From Acidimicrobiia bacterium (GTDB lineage Bacteria > Actinomycetota > Acidimicrobiia > Spongiisociales > Spongiisociaceae), in the NCBI GenBank assembly GCA_041576165.1, contig JBFGLM010000012.1:35766-99765 (forward strand): 64,000 nucleotides of DNA, read 5' to 3'. Under the pieces are notes generated by a model. It was not told the origin of the DNA. It searched no databases and worked only from the letters and a program-made list of their open reading frames with translations. Of this stretch, positions 9,752-19,297 are shown piece by piece; positions within the stretch are counted from its first letter, which is position 1, and each line of letters begins with the position of its first letter. The translations under genes were made by a program, and so were the position numbers.

Positions 9752-11167
9752 ATGTACAGCCGCAACGTCATCATCATGAAGGCTCACCTGGTGGCTATCG
9801 ACGCACTTGCGATCTTCACAGCCGGTGTGTTGGCGCTGTGGTTCCGGCACCGCTCCGGTTTCTTCGGGATTGAGCCCCGATTCCCGTGGGGCACCTACTT
9901 GTGGCCGCTGTCGATCGTGACGGTCATCCATCTCGGTGTGCTGCGCTATTTCGGCATGTACCGGCCGACCGCCGATTTGGGGATGCGGCTCCGTTTGTTC
10001 AAGTCGGCGTTCGTAGCCACCGGACTGTTGACTGCCGTGTCGTTCTTCTACCGGGCCGAGAGCTACTCCCGGGTCTCGGCCGTTCTGTTCATCCCGCTCA
10101 GCGTGTTGACGATCATGGTCGGGCGCGAGCTCTACCAGACGCTGCTGTCGAAATTGCTGCATAGCGACTCCGCGGCGCGCAATGTCGTAATCGTGAGCGC
10201 GGGCCAAGCCGGTCGCCGCATCGGGCGCCACCTCGTCCGCCAACCGCTGTTCTACCGGTTGGTCGGCTACCTCGACGACGACGCCCAAGAGCCCGCGGTC
10301 GGCGATGTCCCGATCCTGGGACCGCTCAGCGCCCTCCTCGAGATCATTGCGGAACTGGCGATCGATGAGGTCATAATTGCGCTGCCCGATGGGGATGACG
10401 AGCGGATCATTGATCTCGTCGGAGTCTGCCTCTACCACGACATCACCTGGAAGGTCATGCCGGATGTACACGGCCTGGCGTTGGACCGCACTGCCCTCGA
10501 CCAGGTTGACGGGCTACCGCTCATCTCACCTCGCGGGAGCCAGGTTGTGGGCCTATCTCTCGTATTGAAACGAGCATTTGACGTGGCGGTTGCGTCCGCA
10601 GCGCTGCTGATCGCCGGCCCGGTGATGTTGCTGATCGCGGCGGGGATCAAGCTGACGTCCCACGGTCCGGTGTTCTACCGCCAGCAGCGGATCGGACAGT
10701 ACGGCCGTCCGTTCACCATATTGAAGTTCCGGTCCATGCGCATGGACAACGACACGTCGAGTCATGTCGCTTTCGCCACCGATTGGATCTACGGTCGTAC
10801 CGGCGGCGACGACGGCGTACACAAGATCACGGCGGATCCCCGCGTGACGTTCATCGGCAAGGTCATCCGAGGTCTCAGCCTGGATGAGCTTCCGCAGCTG
10901 ATCAACGTCGTGCGGGGGGATATGAGCATCGTCGGGCCGCGGCCGCCGACGGTGTACGAATTCGAACGGTACTCGGAATGGCACAAGCGCCGCTTGGAAG
11001 TGATGCCCGGCGTCACCGGGCTGTGGCAGATCAGTGGCCGGAACGAGCTGTCGTTCGACGAAATGGTCGAGCTCGACATCCGCTACATCGAACGATGGTC
11101 ACTGGCCAATGACATGCGGATTGTGGTGCGTACGTTGCCGACACTGCTGAGAGGGAGCGGGTATTGA
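9752..11167 (+). CDS. Polyprenyl-phosphate sugar phosphotransferase (priming glycosyltransferase, WcaJ/WbaP-like)
   Basis: N-terminal TM helices; KRAFD, KFRSM, DPRVT, LDELPQL.NV..GDMSIVGPRP, PGVTGLWQ. Confidence 0.95.
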   Translation: MYSRNVIIMKAHLVAIDALAIFTAGVLALWFRHRSGFFGIEPRFPWGTYLWPLSIVTVIHLGVLRYFGMYRPTADLGMRLRLFKSAFVATGLLTAVSFFYRAESYSRVSAVLFIPLSVLTIMVGRELYQTLLSKLLHSDSAARNVVIVSAGQAGRRIGRHLVRQPLFYRLVGYLDDDAQEPAVGDVPILGPLSALLEIIAELAIDEVIIALPDGDDERIIDLVGVCLYHDITWKVMPDVHGLALDRTALDQVDGLPLISPRGSQVVGLSLVLKRAFDVAVASAALLIAGPVMLLIAAGIKLTSHGPVFYRQQRIGQYGRPFTILKFRSMRMDNDTSSHVAFATDWIYGRTGGDDGVHKITADPRVTFIGKVIRGLSLDELPQLINVVRGDMSIVGPRPPTVYEFERYSEWHKRRLEVMPGVTGLWQISGRNELSFDEMVELDIRYIERWSLANDMRIVVRTLPTLLRGSGY

Positions 11168-12240
11168 TGTCCAGGGAAATCACATTTGGGGTCGTCGGGT
11201 GCGGCTATTGGGGGCCGAACCACATTCGCAACCTCACGTCGCTGGGAGGGTCCGGGGCCGTCGTCCGGCTTGCAGCGGATCTCGACGAAGGTCGGCGTCG
11301 CCACGTCGAGCAGCTGTATCCGCACGTCACGGTGGTAGCCGACGCAGCGGAGGTCATTTCGTCGCCTGCGATCGACGCAGTGATCATCGCCACCCCGGTC
11401 AACACCCATTATGTGCTGGCCAAGCAGGCCCTGCTGAACGACAAACATGTCTTGGTGGAGAAGCCGTTCGTCCGTTCGTGTGATCAGGCTGCAGATTTGA
11501 TAGCCCTGGCCGATGCGCGCGACCTCCGGCTCATGGTCGGGCACACGTTCGAGTACACGGCCGCTGTCAATCGGATTCGGGACATCGTGGCAGGCGGAGA
11601 TTTGGGGGAGGTGCTCTACGTTCGGTCGCTGCGGGTGAATCTGGGTTTGTTCCAGACCGACGTCAACGTGTTGTGGGACCTCGCTCCCCACGACGTGTCG
11701 ATTCTCCGCTTCGTGCTGCAGCGGCCGATCGTGGCGGTGTCGGCAGTGGGGACTGCCAACGTCACCGCAGGTGTGGAAGATGTCGTCTCGATGTCGATCG
11801 AGTTTGCCGGCGGCGTCATGTGCAACGTGATCGTCTCGTGGCTCGACCCGAAGAAGGTCCGTGAGATGACCATCGTCGGCGATCGGAAGATGCTCGTGTA
11901 CGACGACGTGTCGACGACCGAGAAAATCCGGATATTCGACAAGGGCGTTGCCGGACCGCGCCACTATGACTCGTTCGGGGACTTCCAATACTCGTACAGG
12001 TACGGTGACATCGTCACCCCGTTCCTCGATGAGCACGAACCGCTGCGCGAGGAGGCGGCTCACTTCCTGGCATGCATCCAGCAAGGCACGACGCCTCGCA
12101 GCGACGGCCACTCGGGCGCGGAAGTGGTGGCCGTGCTGGAGGCGGCGCAGGAGAGCTTGCGCAACAAGGGGTCTCGGGTTCGCCCGACCATGTCGAACAT
12201 AGATTTGACCGCGCTCGAGACGGTGGGAAAGCCGACATGA
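11167..12240 (+). CDS. Gfo/Idh/MocA oxidoreductase (WbpB/WlbA-like)
   Basis: GCGYWGPN, HVLVEKP, MVGHTF, WDLAPHD. Confidence 0.92.
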   Translation: MSREITFGVVGCGYWGPNHIRNLTSLGGSGAVVRLAADLDEGRRRHVEQLYPHVTVVADAAEVISSPAIDAVIIATPVNTHYVLAKQALLNDKHVLVEKPFVRSCDQAADLIALADARDLRLMVGHTFEYTAAVNRIRDIVAGGDLGEVLYVRSLRVNLGLFQTDVNVLWDLAPHDVSILRFVLQRPIVAVSAVGTANVTAGVEDVVSMSIEFAGGVMCNVIVSWLDPKKVREMTIVGDRKMLVYDDVSTTEKIRIFDKGVAGPRHYDSFGDFQYSYRYGDIVTPFLDEHEPLREEAAHFLACIQQGTTPRSDGHSGAEVVAVLEAAQESLRNKGSRVRPTMSNIDLTALETVGKPT

Positions 12241-12647
12241 GCACCGGCAGCCGTCTGGCGCATCCTTCCGACCGGCCGTGGGCGATCATCGTGGACAGCG
12301 AGCCGGCCATGCTCTCCTACCTGGCGCGGGCGTTGATGTTCTTTCAGCCCAGCTACCGGGTGGCGTCTGCGGCGGAAATCGATCACCTGACGGAATGGAT
12401 GACGACACGTCACTACGACGTCGCCGTGCTTGGCTGCCTGGGGAATTCCGCGCTCGACGGACGGGCCCGCAACATTCTGGCGCCGGTCGGCGCCGTTGTG
12501 TCGCTCGCGTGCCCACACATGCCCGCCGCTCTTCCCCGCCCCCCTCGGCTCAGCGCCCTCCTGGAGCAGGTGCGGGTCAGCAGCGGCCAGCCGAACCTCA
12601 CGATCGATCTCCGCGCTTTGACAGGGGTGTCCGCGCCGTGGACATGA
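12237..12647 (+). CDS. Small protein resembling a degenerate receiver domain
   Basis: AIIVDSEPAMLSYLARAL and YDVAVLG; ATGA-coupled to both neighbours. Confidence 0.65.
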   Translation: MSTGSRLAHPSDRPWAIIVDSEPAMLSYLARALMFFQPSYRVASAAEIDHLTEWMTTRHYDVAVLGCLGNSALDGRARNILAPVGAVVSLACPHMPAALPRPPRLSALLEQVRVSSGQPNLTIDLRALTGVSAPWT

Positions 12648-13825
12648 TCGAGTTTCTTCAGGCTCTTCGCCGCCAGCGCACCTTCTTGCTGCTGGGGTTC
12701 CTTTTGTTGATAGTGGCCGTGGCCGGAATGATGTTCGAGATCGGCGAGAACGGCATTCAGAGCCGGATCAGCCCCAAATTCGAAGCCTCGTTACAGATGG
12801 CGGTGGTCCCTGCCGGTCTGGAGACGCTGGCTGATACCGCGCTTGCCTCCGACCTCTCGGGTACGGCGGCGGTATACGCCGAGCTATTGCAGTCGCCGGA
12901 GGCGGCCAGAGAGATCCAGGAGGCGCAGGGCGTGGAGCTGGTCGACGAGCTCATAGCAGAGGTCACCGGCCGCACAGGGGTGATGACCGTGACCGCGACC
13001 GCGACCACCGAGGAGGGCGCCGCCAAAGCCGCGCTCGGATCATTCTTCTGGCTGGAGGGCAGGCTGGCCGAACCGCCGGTAGTGGCGGCGATCCCACCGC
13101 CCACCACCACCACGATCCTGAGCCCCGTCGCGGGCCCGCGTGACAGTTTCCTCGGCGAGATCCGGCTCAATATCGACCAGGCTTACGCCAGTGCTTCCCA
13201 GGACCTGTTCTTGCGGATCTCCACCCAAGCCGATTCCGGCTTCCCGGTGTCGCTCCAGGACGCGGCGTTCGGCGAGCGGAGCTATCCGGTATTCCTGGCA
13301 CGCAGCGGGCGGGTCACAATTGCGTTGGAACTCACCGACGGCTCCATCCTGGCCGAAGTGCGCACCGAGGTGCCGGAGCTGCGGGATAACGCCGAGCTCG
13401 TCCCACCGCTAGTGATCACCATTCAGCGCGGCGCGTTTCCTTTGACCGCCGACGGTCCCATCGAGGTGGAGCCGGATCGGATCACGGCGCAATGGGATCT
13501 GCGTGACCTGCTGACTGAGGTGCGAGAGAGCGCCTCCGAGCAAATCTCGGTCGTGCTCCTCACGTCCGAGCCTGTGGTAGAAGAGACGGGTACGAGACGG
13601 GCCCCTGTTCTGCTGGCGGGCGCCCTGGTCGCCGGCACGCTGGTGTTGCTTGCCCTGGCGACCACGCTCGACACATGGCGGCGCGGACGGCGGCACCTGG
13701 ATGACTGGGATCCAGGCGTGATACTCGACGACTATGCCCGTGCTCCAGCCGGATCAGCCGCCCCCGAGAACCAGGAGGACGAGGCCGATCACATTGGTGC
13801 GATTCCCGGTAACCCAGACGGCTAA
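12644..13825 (+). CDS. Polysaccharide co-polymerase (Wzz/CapA)-like membrane protein
   Basis: EFLQALRRQ + N-terminal TM, YAELLQSP helix, C-terminal TM; inside the polysaccharide operon. Confidence 0.65.
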   Translation: MIEFLQALRRQRTFLLLGFLLLIVAVAGMMFEIGENGIQSRISPKFEASLQMAVVPAGLETLADTALASDLSGTAAVYAELLQSPEAAREIQEAQGVELVDELIAEVTGRTGVMTVTATATTEEGAAKAALGSFFWLEGRLAEPPVVAAIPPPTTTTILSPVAGPRDSFLGEIRLNIDQAYASASQDLFLRISTQADSGFPVSLQDAAFGERSYPVFLARSGRVTIALELTDGSILAEVRTEVPELRDNAELVPPLVITIQRGAFPLTADGPIEVEPDRITAQWDLRDLLTEVRESASEQISVVLLTSEPVVEETGTRRAPVLLAGALVAGTLVLLALATTLDTWRRGRRHLDDWDPGVILDDYARAPAGSAAPENQEDEADHIGAIPGNPDG

Positions 13826-13892
13826 ATAGGATCCCCGCTCGCCCGAGATCTGGCGGTCCTCGTGCACCCGTGACCTGGATTGGAGGCACCAC

Positions 13893-15275
13893 GTGCGAGT
13901 TTCCGCCCTCGCTTTCTCGCTGGCAATTGTGTTTCTGGCGGCCGGAGCCGCCGCTGCTTCGGCGGGCCCGGTGACTGCTGCCGCAGGCGCCGGGAGCCAC
14001 GAGTTCCCGGATGCAACGAGCACCGGCCTCACGGATCCGGGCGCGCTCACAGTCCACAACGGCAACCTCTTGGTACAGGAATCGGGAGCCGTGATCGAGA
14101 ACCTCGAGGTTCGCGGCACGCTCGAGATCCGCGGGGCCGACAACGTCACGGTCCGCAACGTCTGGGTGTACACGTCGAACTTCTGGACGATCCGCGTGAA
14201 CGACGGTTCGGCGGTGATCGAAGACGTGGAGATTGGCTCCGCTGCCGCACCGGGTTTGCGCGGCATCGGCGGTGACAACCTCACCGTGCGCCGAGTGGAT
14301 ATCCATCACGTTGAGGACGGCATCAAGATGGGCAGCAATTCGACGTACGACTGGGTGTATTGCCATGACCTGGCAAGCCCCAGCGCCCAGCCCCACTACG
14401 ACTGCGTTCAGAACGACGGCGGCGCTTCGAATGTGCGGTTCAGCCGTGTCTTTCTCGATCCGCGTCCGGCGCCCGGCTTCGACGGCTTCAGCACGAACGG
14501 CAACGCTGCCTTCTTCGTCAAATCAGATCTGGGCCCGATCGACGGGGTGACGATCATCGACAGTTACCTCACCGGCGGCGGCTTCTCTGTGTTCTCGACC
14601 GATGGCGGCCATGCGGCGCCGTCCAATGTCCGTGTGATCGACAACACGTTCGGAACCGACCAGACCTGGGGCGTGCTCCACGAGCAATCGTTCATACCCT
14701 GGTACAACAACACATGGGAGTCGGGGGGAATCGTGGGCCGTGATGGTGGTGCGGCCCCTCCTACCGCCTCGTTTGCCGACGTAGCCGGGACTCCGTGGGA
14801 GGATTCCATCGCGTGGCTGCACTGGTCGGGAATCGCGGCCGGTTGCGGGGCCGACCGCTTCTGCCCGGGCGCAGTGACCACCCGAGCCCAGATGGCGTCG
14901 CTGCTGGTACGCGCGCTGCCCCTGGGGTCGTCCAGCAACGATTCGTTCGCCGACGACGGGGGCTCGGTGCACCACCAGAACATCAACACGCTGGCGGCGT
15001 CCGGCATCACTGCGGGGTGTGGCGGTGACCGTTTCTGTCCCAACGCTCCGGTCACGCGGGGCCAGATGGCCACGTTTCTCGTCAATTCGCTCGATCTGCC
15101 GGGTACGGCCCGCGACTACTTCTCCGACGACAACACCTCGGTCCACCAGGCGAACATCAACGCCGTCGCCGCTTCTGGCATCACCGCGGGCTGCTCTGCG
15201 ACCGACTTCTGCCCGGAGCTACCCATCAACCGCGGGCAGATCGCCGTGATGCTCGAGCGGGCGCTGTCGGCCTAG
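13893..15275 (+). CDS. Secreted right-handed beta-helix protein with three C-terminal SLH-like repeats
   Basis: Signal peptide; Asn/Gly/Val-rich beta-helix region (ADNVTVRN, DGIK, HYDCVQ); three F.D...GI.AGC...FCP...R.Q repeats. Confidence 0.8.
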   Translation: MRVSALAFSLAIVFLAAGAAAASAGPVTAAAGAGSHEFPDATSTGLTDPGALTVHNGNLLVQESGAVIENLEVRGTLEIRGADNVTVRNVWVYTSNFWTIRVNDGSAVIEDVEIGSAAAPGLRGIGGDNLTVRRVDIHHVEDGIKMGSNSTYDWVYCHDLASPSAQPHYDCVQNDGGASNVRFSRVFLDPRPAPGFDGFSTNGNAAFFVKSDLGPIDGVTIIDSYLTGGGFSVFSTDGGHAAPSNVRVIDNTFGTDQTWGVLHEQSFIPWYNNTWESGGIVGRDGGAAPPTASFADVAGTPWEDSIAWLHWSGIAAGCGADRFCPGAVTTRAQMASLLVRALPLGSSSNDSFADDGGSVHHQNINTLAASGITAGCGGDRFCPNAPVTRGQMATFLVNSLDLPGTARDYFSDDNTSVHQANINAVAASGITAGCSATDFCPELPINRGQIAVMLERALSA

Positions 15276-15285
15276 CGACGGCCGA

Positions 15286-16665
15286 TCAGGCGGCATCGGC
15301 CGCGGCTTGCCGCGCGTGGCGGTCCCATAACGCGTCTGCCCGGGCTGCGCCCAATCCCATCAAGAGGATGCACGTCGGCAGGAACTGATCGAACGTCCAC
15401 GCGTCGAACGTGGTCCCACCGAGCAGCAGGCTGAGCGCAGCGACGGCCCCGATCGCAACGAGGCCAGTTTCTGTGCGCCGGTGGCGGAATGCGGCGGCCA
15501 TCGTCCGGATCAACACGGTGATTATGAAGGCAATGATCAGACCCAGGCCGACAAAACCCAGCTCGACGACGGCCAGGTTGTAGGCGTTGTCGAAGATCTG
15601 GATACCCGGATCGTGCGTGAGGTAGCCCGCTCCCACGAAAGGCCGTTCGGCAATCAGGTCGGGGAGCAACGCAAACCGTTCGAGCCTGACATCGACGTTC
15701 TGGTCTGTCTGCACCCCGGTGAAGAAGTTCAGCAGCAGCCGGGGAGTCTCGGGAGAGACGACAAAGATGATCGGGACGCTCACCATCGCCACGAAAGCCA
15801 GTTGGATGAGCTGATTGGTTCGGTACGAATAGATCACTGCGACGACCAGTCCGATAACGATCACCATGACGAATCCCGTCCGGGAGTTGGTGGCGGCGGC
15901 CGCGGCCATCTGGATGAGTGCCGCTATCCCCGCCCACCGCCGGGCGCGAGACGTGTCCGCCCGGAAGTAGAGGACGAGCGTCACGAGGACGCCCAGCGCC
16001 AGCACAGCCGACAGCACCAGTGGGTGAGGGGCGGTTGCCGCCGCCCGCAACTCGCCCGTGAGGCGCAGCAGCAGGTCCTCGGTCTCACCCCGCAGAGCGA
16101 GGGCGCTCGGATCCACCTCGAACCCGATATTCGTCCAGATCGTGCCGAGCAGCGGGCTCGGCGATCCCGTCATCGTTTCGTATATGGCAATGGACCCCTC
16201 CACGATCGTCATCACCACGACGACATAGACCAGGCGGATGGCCTTTTCGGCATCCCACCCGACTTGGTAGGCGGCCACGAAGAGGACCGCCATCAGCATG
16301 AACCGGATGAGGCCCTGGTCGTAGGTGGATGCCTCAAACTCGCTCAAGGTGGTCATGTGGATGAAGGGGGCCACCAGCACCATTGCCAGCAGCGCCAAGC
16401 CGGTGAGCGCCACCGAGCCTCTCGGTAACGGGGCGGGCTCGATCAGAGCTCGCCAGAACAGCAGGCCGCCGACGATGAGCAGCACCAGCTCGCCCGCCCG
16501 GATAGAAAACCCGATAGGCAGTGTGTAGATGTCGGCGATCAGGCGGTTGATGACAACGTAGACGGCCAGGGTGCCCAGCAGGAATGTGGCAAATGCGGAG
16601 CGGGTCGCGTGGCGCTCGATCGGGGACAGCTCCTGGCGCATCGTCAGGCCGTCGGTTGTCGACAT
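15286..16665 (-). CDS. O-antigen ligase/Wzy polymerase family membrane protein
   Basis: Many TM helices, TNSRTG, RPFVGAG, DNAY. Confidence 0.85.
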   Translation of the reverse strand: MSTTDGLTMRQELSPIERHATRSAFATFLLGTLAVYVVINRLIADIYTLPIGFSIRAGELVLLIVGGLLFWRALIEPAPLPRGSVALTGLALLAMVLVAPFIHMTTLSEFEASTYDQGLIRFMLMAVLFVAAYQVGWDAEKAIRLVYVVVVMTIVEGSIAIYETMTGSPSPLLGTIWTNIGFEVDPSALALRGETEDLLLRLTGELRAAATAPHPLVLSAVLALGVLVTLVLYFRADTSRARRWAGIAALIQMAAAAATNSRTGFVMVIVIGLVVAVIYSYRTNQLIQLAFVAMVSVPIIFVVSPETPRLLLNFFTGVQTDQNVDVRLERFALLPDLIAERPFVGAGYLTHDPGIQIFDNAYNLAVVELGFVGLGLIIAFIITVLIRTMAAAFRHRRTETGLVAIGAVAALSLLLGGTTFDAWTFDQFLPTCILLMGLGAARADALWDRHARQAAADAA

Positions 16666-16809
16666 GTCGAGTTCCTTGCGGCGGTTGGGTCACGCCCACC
16701 AGGCGTGCGGGACGCAGGATACGGTACCCCGACGCACTGAGAGAAGCTCGGGCCCGACCGATCGGCGGCGCTGGGAGTAGCACCGGCGCCTCCAATATCC
16801 TTTGCGTCG

Positions 16810-18261
16810 ATGTCGTCTCCGAACGCGAACGAGAAGACGGCCAAGGGCATGCTGTGGTCCCTGGCCCGCACCTGGGGCCGGCGAGCCGTATCCACCCTCA
16901 GTTTCTTGATTCTGGTGGGGTTGCTCACTCCTGAGCAGTTCGGGTTGGTGGCGTGGGCGACGGTCTTCATCGGCGGCACCCAGGTGATCATGGATTTGGG
17001 TCTGAACGACGCACTGGTGCAGCGGGAAGACGTTCGTGACGGGCACCTCCACAGCTCGTTCTGGCTGGGCGTGGCAGTTGGCTTGGGATTCTTCGCAGTG
17101 TTTCAGGTGGCCGCCGGCCCCCTGTCGGTCCTGTTGGATGAACCCCGCCTAGCGTCCGTGCTGCGCTGGCTGTCCATCGTGCTCGTCCTCAACGGGCTCA
17201 GCGTCGTGCCTCAGGCAATGCTCCACCGCGACGTGGCCTTCCGCGAACTTGCCATACGCGAGTTCGCTGCGATCACCGTGGGCGGAGTGGTCGGGATCGG
17301 GCTGGCGTTGCGCGGCGCCGGGGTGTGGGCGCTGGTCGGCCAGCAGCTCGCCTGGGCCGTCGTGCTGCTGCTGGCGTTGTGGATGATGACGCCGTACCGG
17401 CCCCGGCTTGCGTTCCGGTGGGCGGATGGGGTGGAGCTGCTGAGGTTTGGGGTCCACCGCATCGGGTTCAAAGGCCTGCGGTTTGCCAACCAGAACGTCG
17501 CCGATTTCCTGATCGGGCTCCTGCTGGGCCCAACTGCGCTCGGTTTCTACACGGTGGCCTATCGAGTGATCAACATCGCCACCGACGCATTCGTAGAGGC
17601 GGTGAATGCGGTGGCGTTCCCGACCCTGGCCCGGATGACTTCGGACGACGATCTGTTCCGGACCAAGGTGACCGGCGGGATTGGGATCCTGGTACTCGCG
17701 GCATTTCCCGCGTTCTTTGGACTGATCGGAGTCGCCGGATTGGCGGTCGAGATCTTTCTGAAGCCTGAATGGCTGCCGACCGTCACGGTGCTGCGGGGAT
17801 TGGCCGTGATGGGCATCGCCATGTCTGTTGCGAGCTTTGGCCGATCGGCGATCCTGGGGTATGGCCGCGCCGGTGTGACCCTGGCCCTGCAGGCGGTGGC
17901 GACGGCCGCCAGTCTGATCGCAGTCCTGGTTTCGATTCCGTTCGGAATCGGCTGGGTCGGGATCGCGCTGGGTATCCAAGCAGTGATACTGCTGCCCGTG
18001 GAGCTCCAGGCGCTGAAACGGACAACGCCCGTGCAGCTGGACGCCTTCATCCGTCAGATCGCGGGGCCGTTTGCCGCCGCAGGTGTCATGTTCAGCGCGG
18101 TGCTGGCGTTGTTGTGGCTGACCAGAGGAGTTGCCGACCCGGTCCGGCTGGTGACCGCGCTTCTCCTCGGCGGACTCAGCTACGCCGCGCTTGTCCGCTG
18201 GTGGGCGAGGCCTCAACTCGATCGGGCGGTGCGGGCAGTCCGGACCGCGATCGGCCGCTGA
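16810..18261 (+). CDS. Wzx flippase (WzxC-like)
   Basis: LLTPEQFGLVA, DLGLNDALVQ, GAGVWALV, LGFYTVAYR. Confidence 0.92.
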   Translation: MSSPNANEKTAKGMLWSLARTWGRRAVSTLSFLILVGLLTPEQFGLVAWATVFIGGTQVIMDLGLNDALVQREDVRDGHLHSSFWLGVAVGLGFFAVFQVAAGPLSVLLDEPRLASVLRWLSIVLVLNGLSVVPQAMLHRDVAFRELAIREFAAITVGGVVGIGLALRGAGVWALVGQQLAWAVVLLLALWMMTPYRPRLAFRWADGVELLRFGVHRIGFKGLRFANQNVADFLIGLLLGPTALGFYTVAYRVINIATDAFVEAVNAVAFPTLARMTSDDDLFRTKVTGGIGILVLAAFPAFFGLIGVAGLAVEIFLKPEWLPTVTVLRGLAVMGIAMSVASFGRSAILGYGRAGVTLALQAVATAASLIAVLVSIPFGIGWVGIALGIQAVILLPVELQALKRTTPVQLDAFIRQIAGPFAAAGVMFSAVLALLWLTRGVADPVRLVTALLLGGLSYAALVRWWARPQLDRAVRAVRTAIGR

Positions 18262-18322
18262 CCACGGTCGGTTGGATGGAGCCCCGACCCATCACGTACC
18301 ATGGAGCCGCCGGCCGGGGCGG

Positions 18323-19297
18323 ATGTCGGTGCCATCACAATCGGGAGCGGCCGTGCATCCACGGGGCATCACCTGTTCGTTCATCATCGTGAACTGGAAC
18401 GCCGGGCAGTTCCTGGTGGACGCGATGGCCTCGATCTACGAGGAATGGGGCTCGGATGAAGCCGAGTTGATCGTGGTCGACAATGCCTCCAATGATGAAA
18501 GCGTGCCGGCTGCCCGTGCCCGATTCCCCAAGGCGACCCTCATCTGTAACGAAGAGAATCTCGGTTTTGCCCGGGGTGTCAACGCCGGCCTGGCGGCCGC
18601 CGGCGGTGACCTGCTGTTTTTGGTGAACCCGGACGCCTACCTGCTGCCGGGATCGCTCGAGCGGATGATCGAATTCATGAACTCGAACCCGGAGGCTGGC
18701 TTGATGGGCCCGCAGGTGCTCAACTCCGATCGGACGCTCCAGCGCTCCGCCCGGCACCGGCCCACACTCGGGCGGGCGGTCGCTCGGGCGCTGGCGCTCG
18801 ACGCGCTGGTCCCTTCATTGGCTTTTCCGGATCATGGCCACACCGGAGATGTAGACGTGCTGAGCGGAGCTTTCTGGGTCGTGCGACGTGCGGCCCTCGC
18901 CGAAGTAGGTGGCTTGGACGAAGGATTCTTCATGTACGCAGAGGATGTTGACTGGAGCCGCCGGTTCGCTCAGGCCGGTTGGCGGGTGATGTACTACACA
19001 GACGCCCAAGTCGTGCACCACGGCGCCAAGAGTTCCCAGCACGCACCATCCCGCTTCTTTGTCGAGATGCGCAAGGCCGACCTCCGGTATTGGAGGAAGC
19101 ACCACGGGGCGGTCCCGACCGTGGCCTACGCCCTCGTGCTGACCATCCACCATCTCCTGCGCGTGGCAGCCGGCTTGCTCAGCGGGTTGGTGCCCGGACG
19201 CCGATCGTCTGCGTTGCGTCGCATCCGGCGAAGCCGGGCCGTCATCAGCTGGATCGTGCGCTCTGCCTTCGGTCTGCGGCCCCAGGACATCCAGTGA
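18323..19297 (+). CDS. Family 2 glycosyltransferase
   Basis: IIVNWN, VVDNAS, NLGFARGVN, VNPD, FFMYAEDVD. Confidence 0.93.
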   Translation: MSVPSQSGAAVHPRGITCSFIIVNWNAGQFLVDAMASIYEEWGSDEAELIVVDNASNDESVPAARARFPKATLICNEENLGFARGVNAGLAAAGGDLLFLVNPDAYLLPGSLERMIEFMNSNPEAGLMGPQVLNSDRTLQRSARHRPTLGRAVARALALDALVPSLAFPDHGHTGDVDVLSGAFWVVRRAALAEVGGLDEGFFMYAEDVDWSRRFAQAGWRVMYYTDAQVVHHGAKSSQHAPSRFFVEMRKADLRYWRKHHGAVPTVAYALVLTIHHLLRVAAGLLSGLVPGRRSSALRRIRRSRAVISWIVRSAFGLRPQDIQ

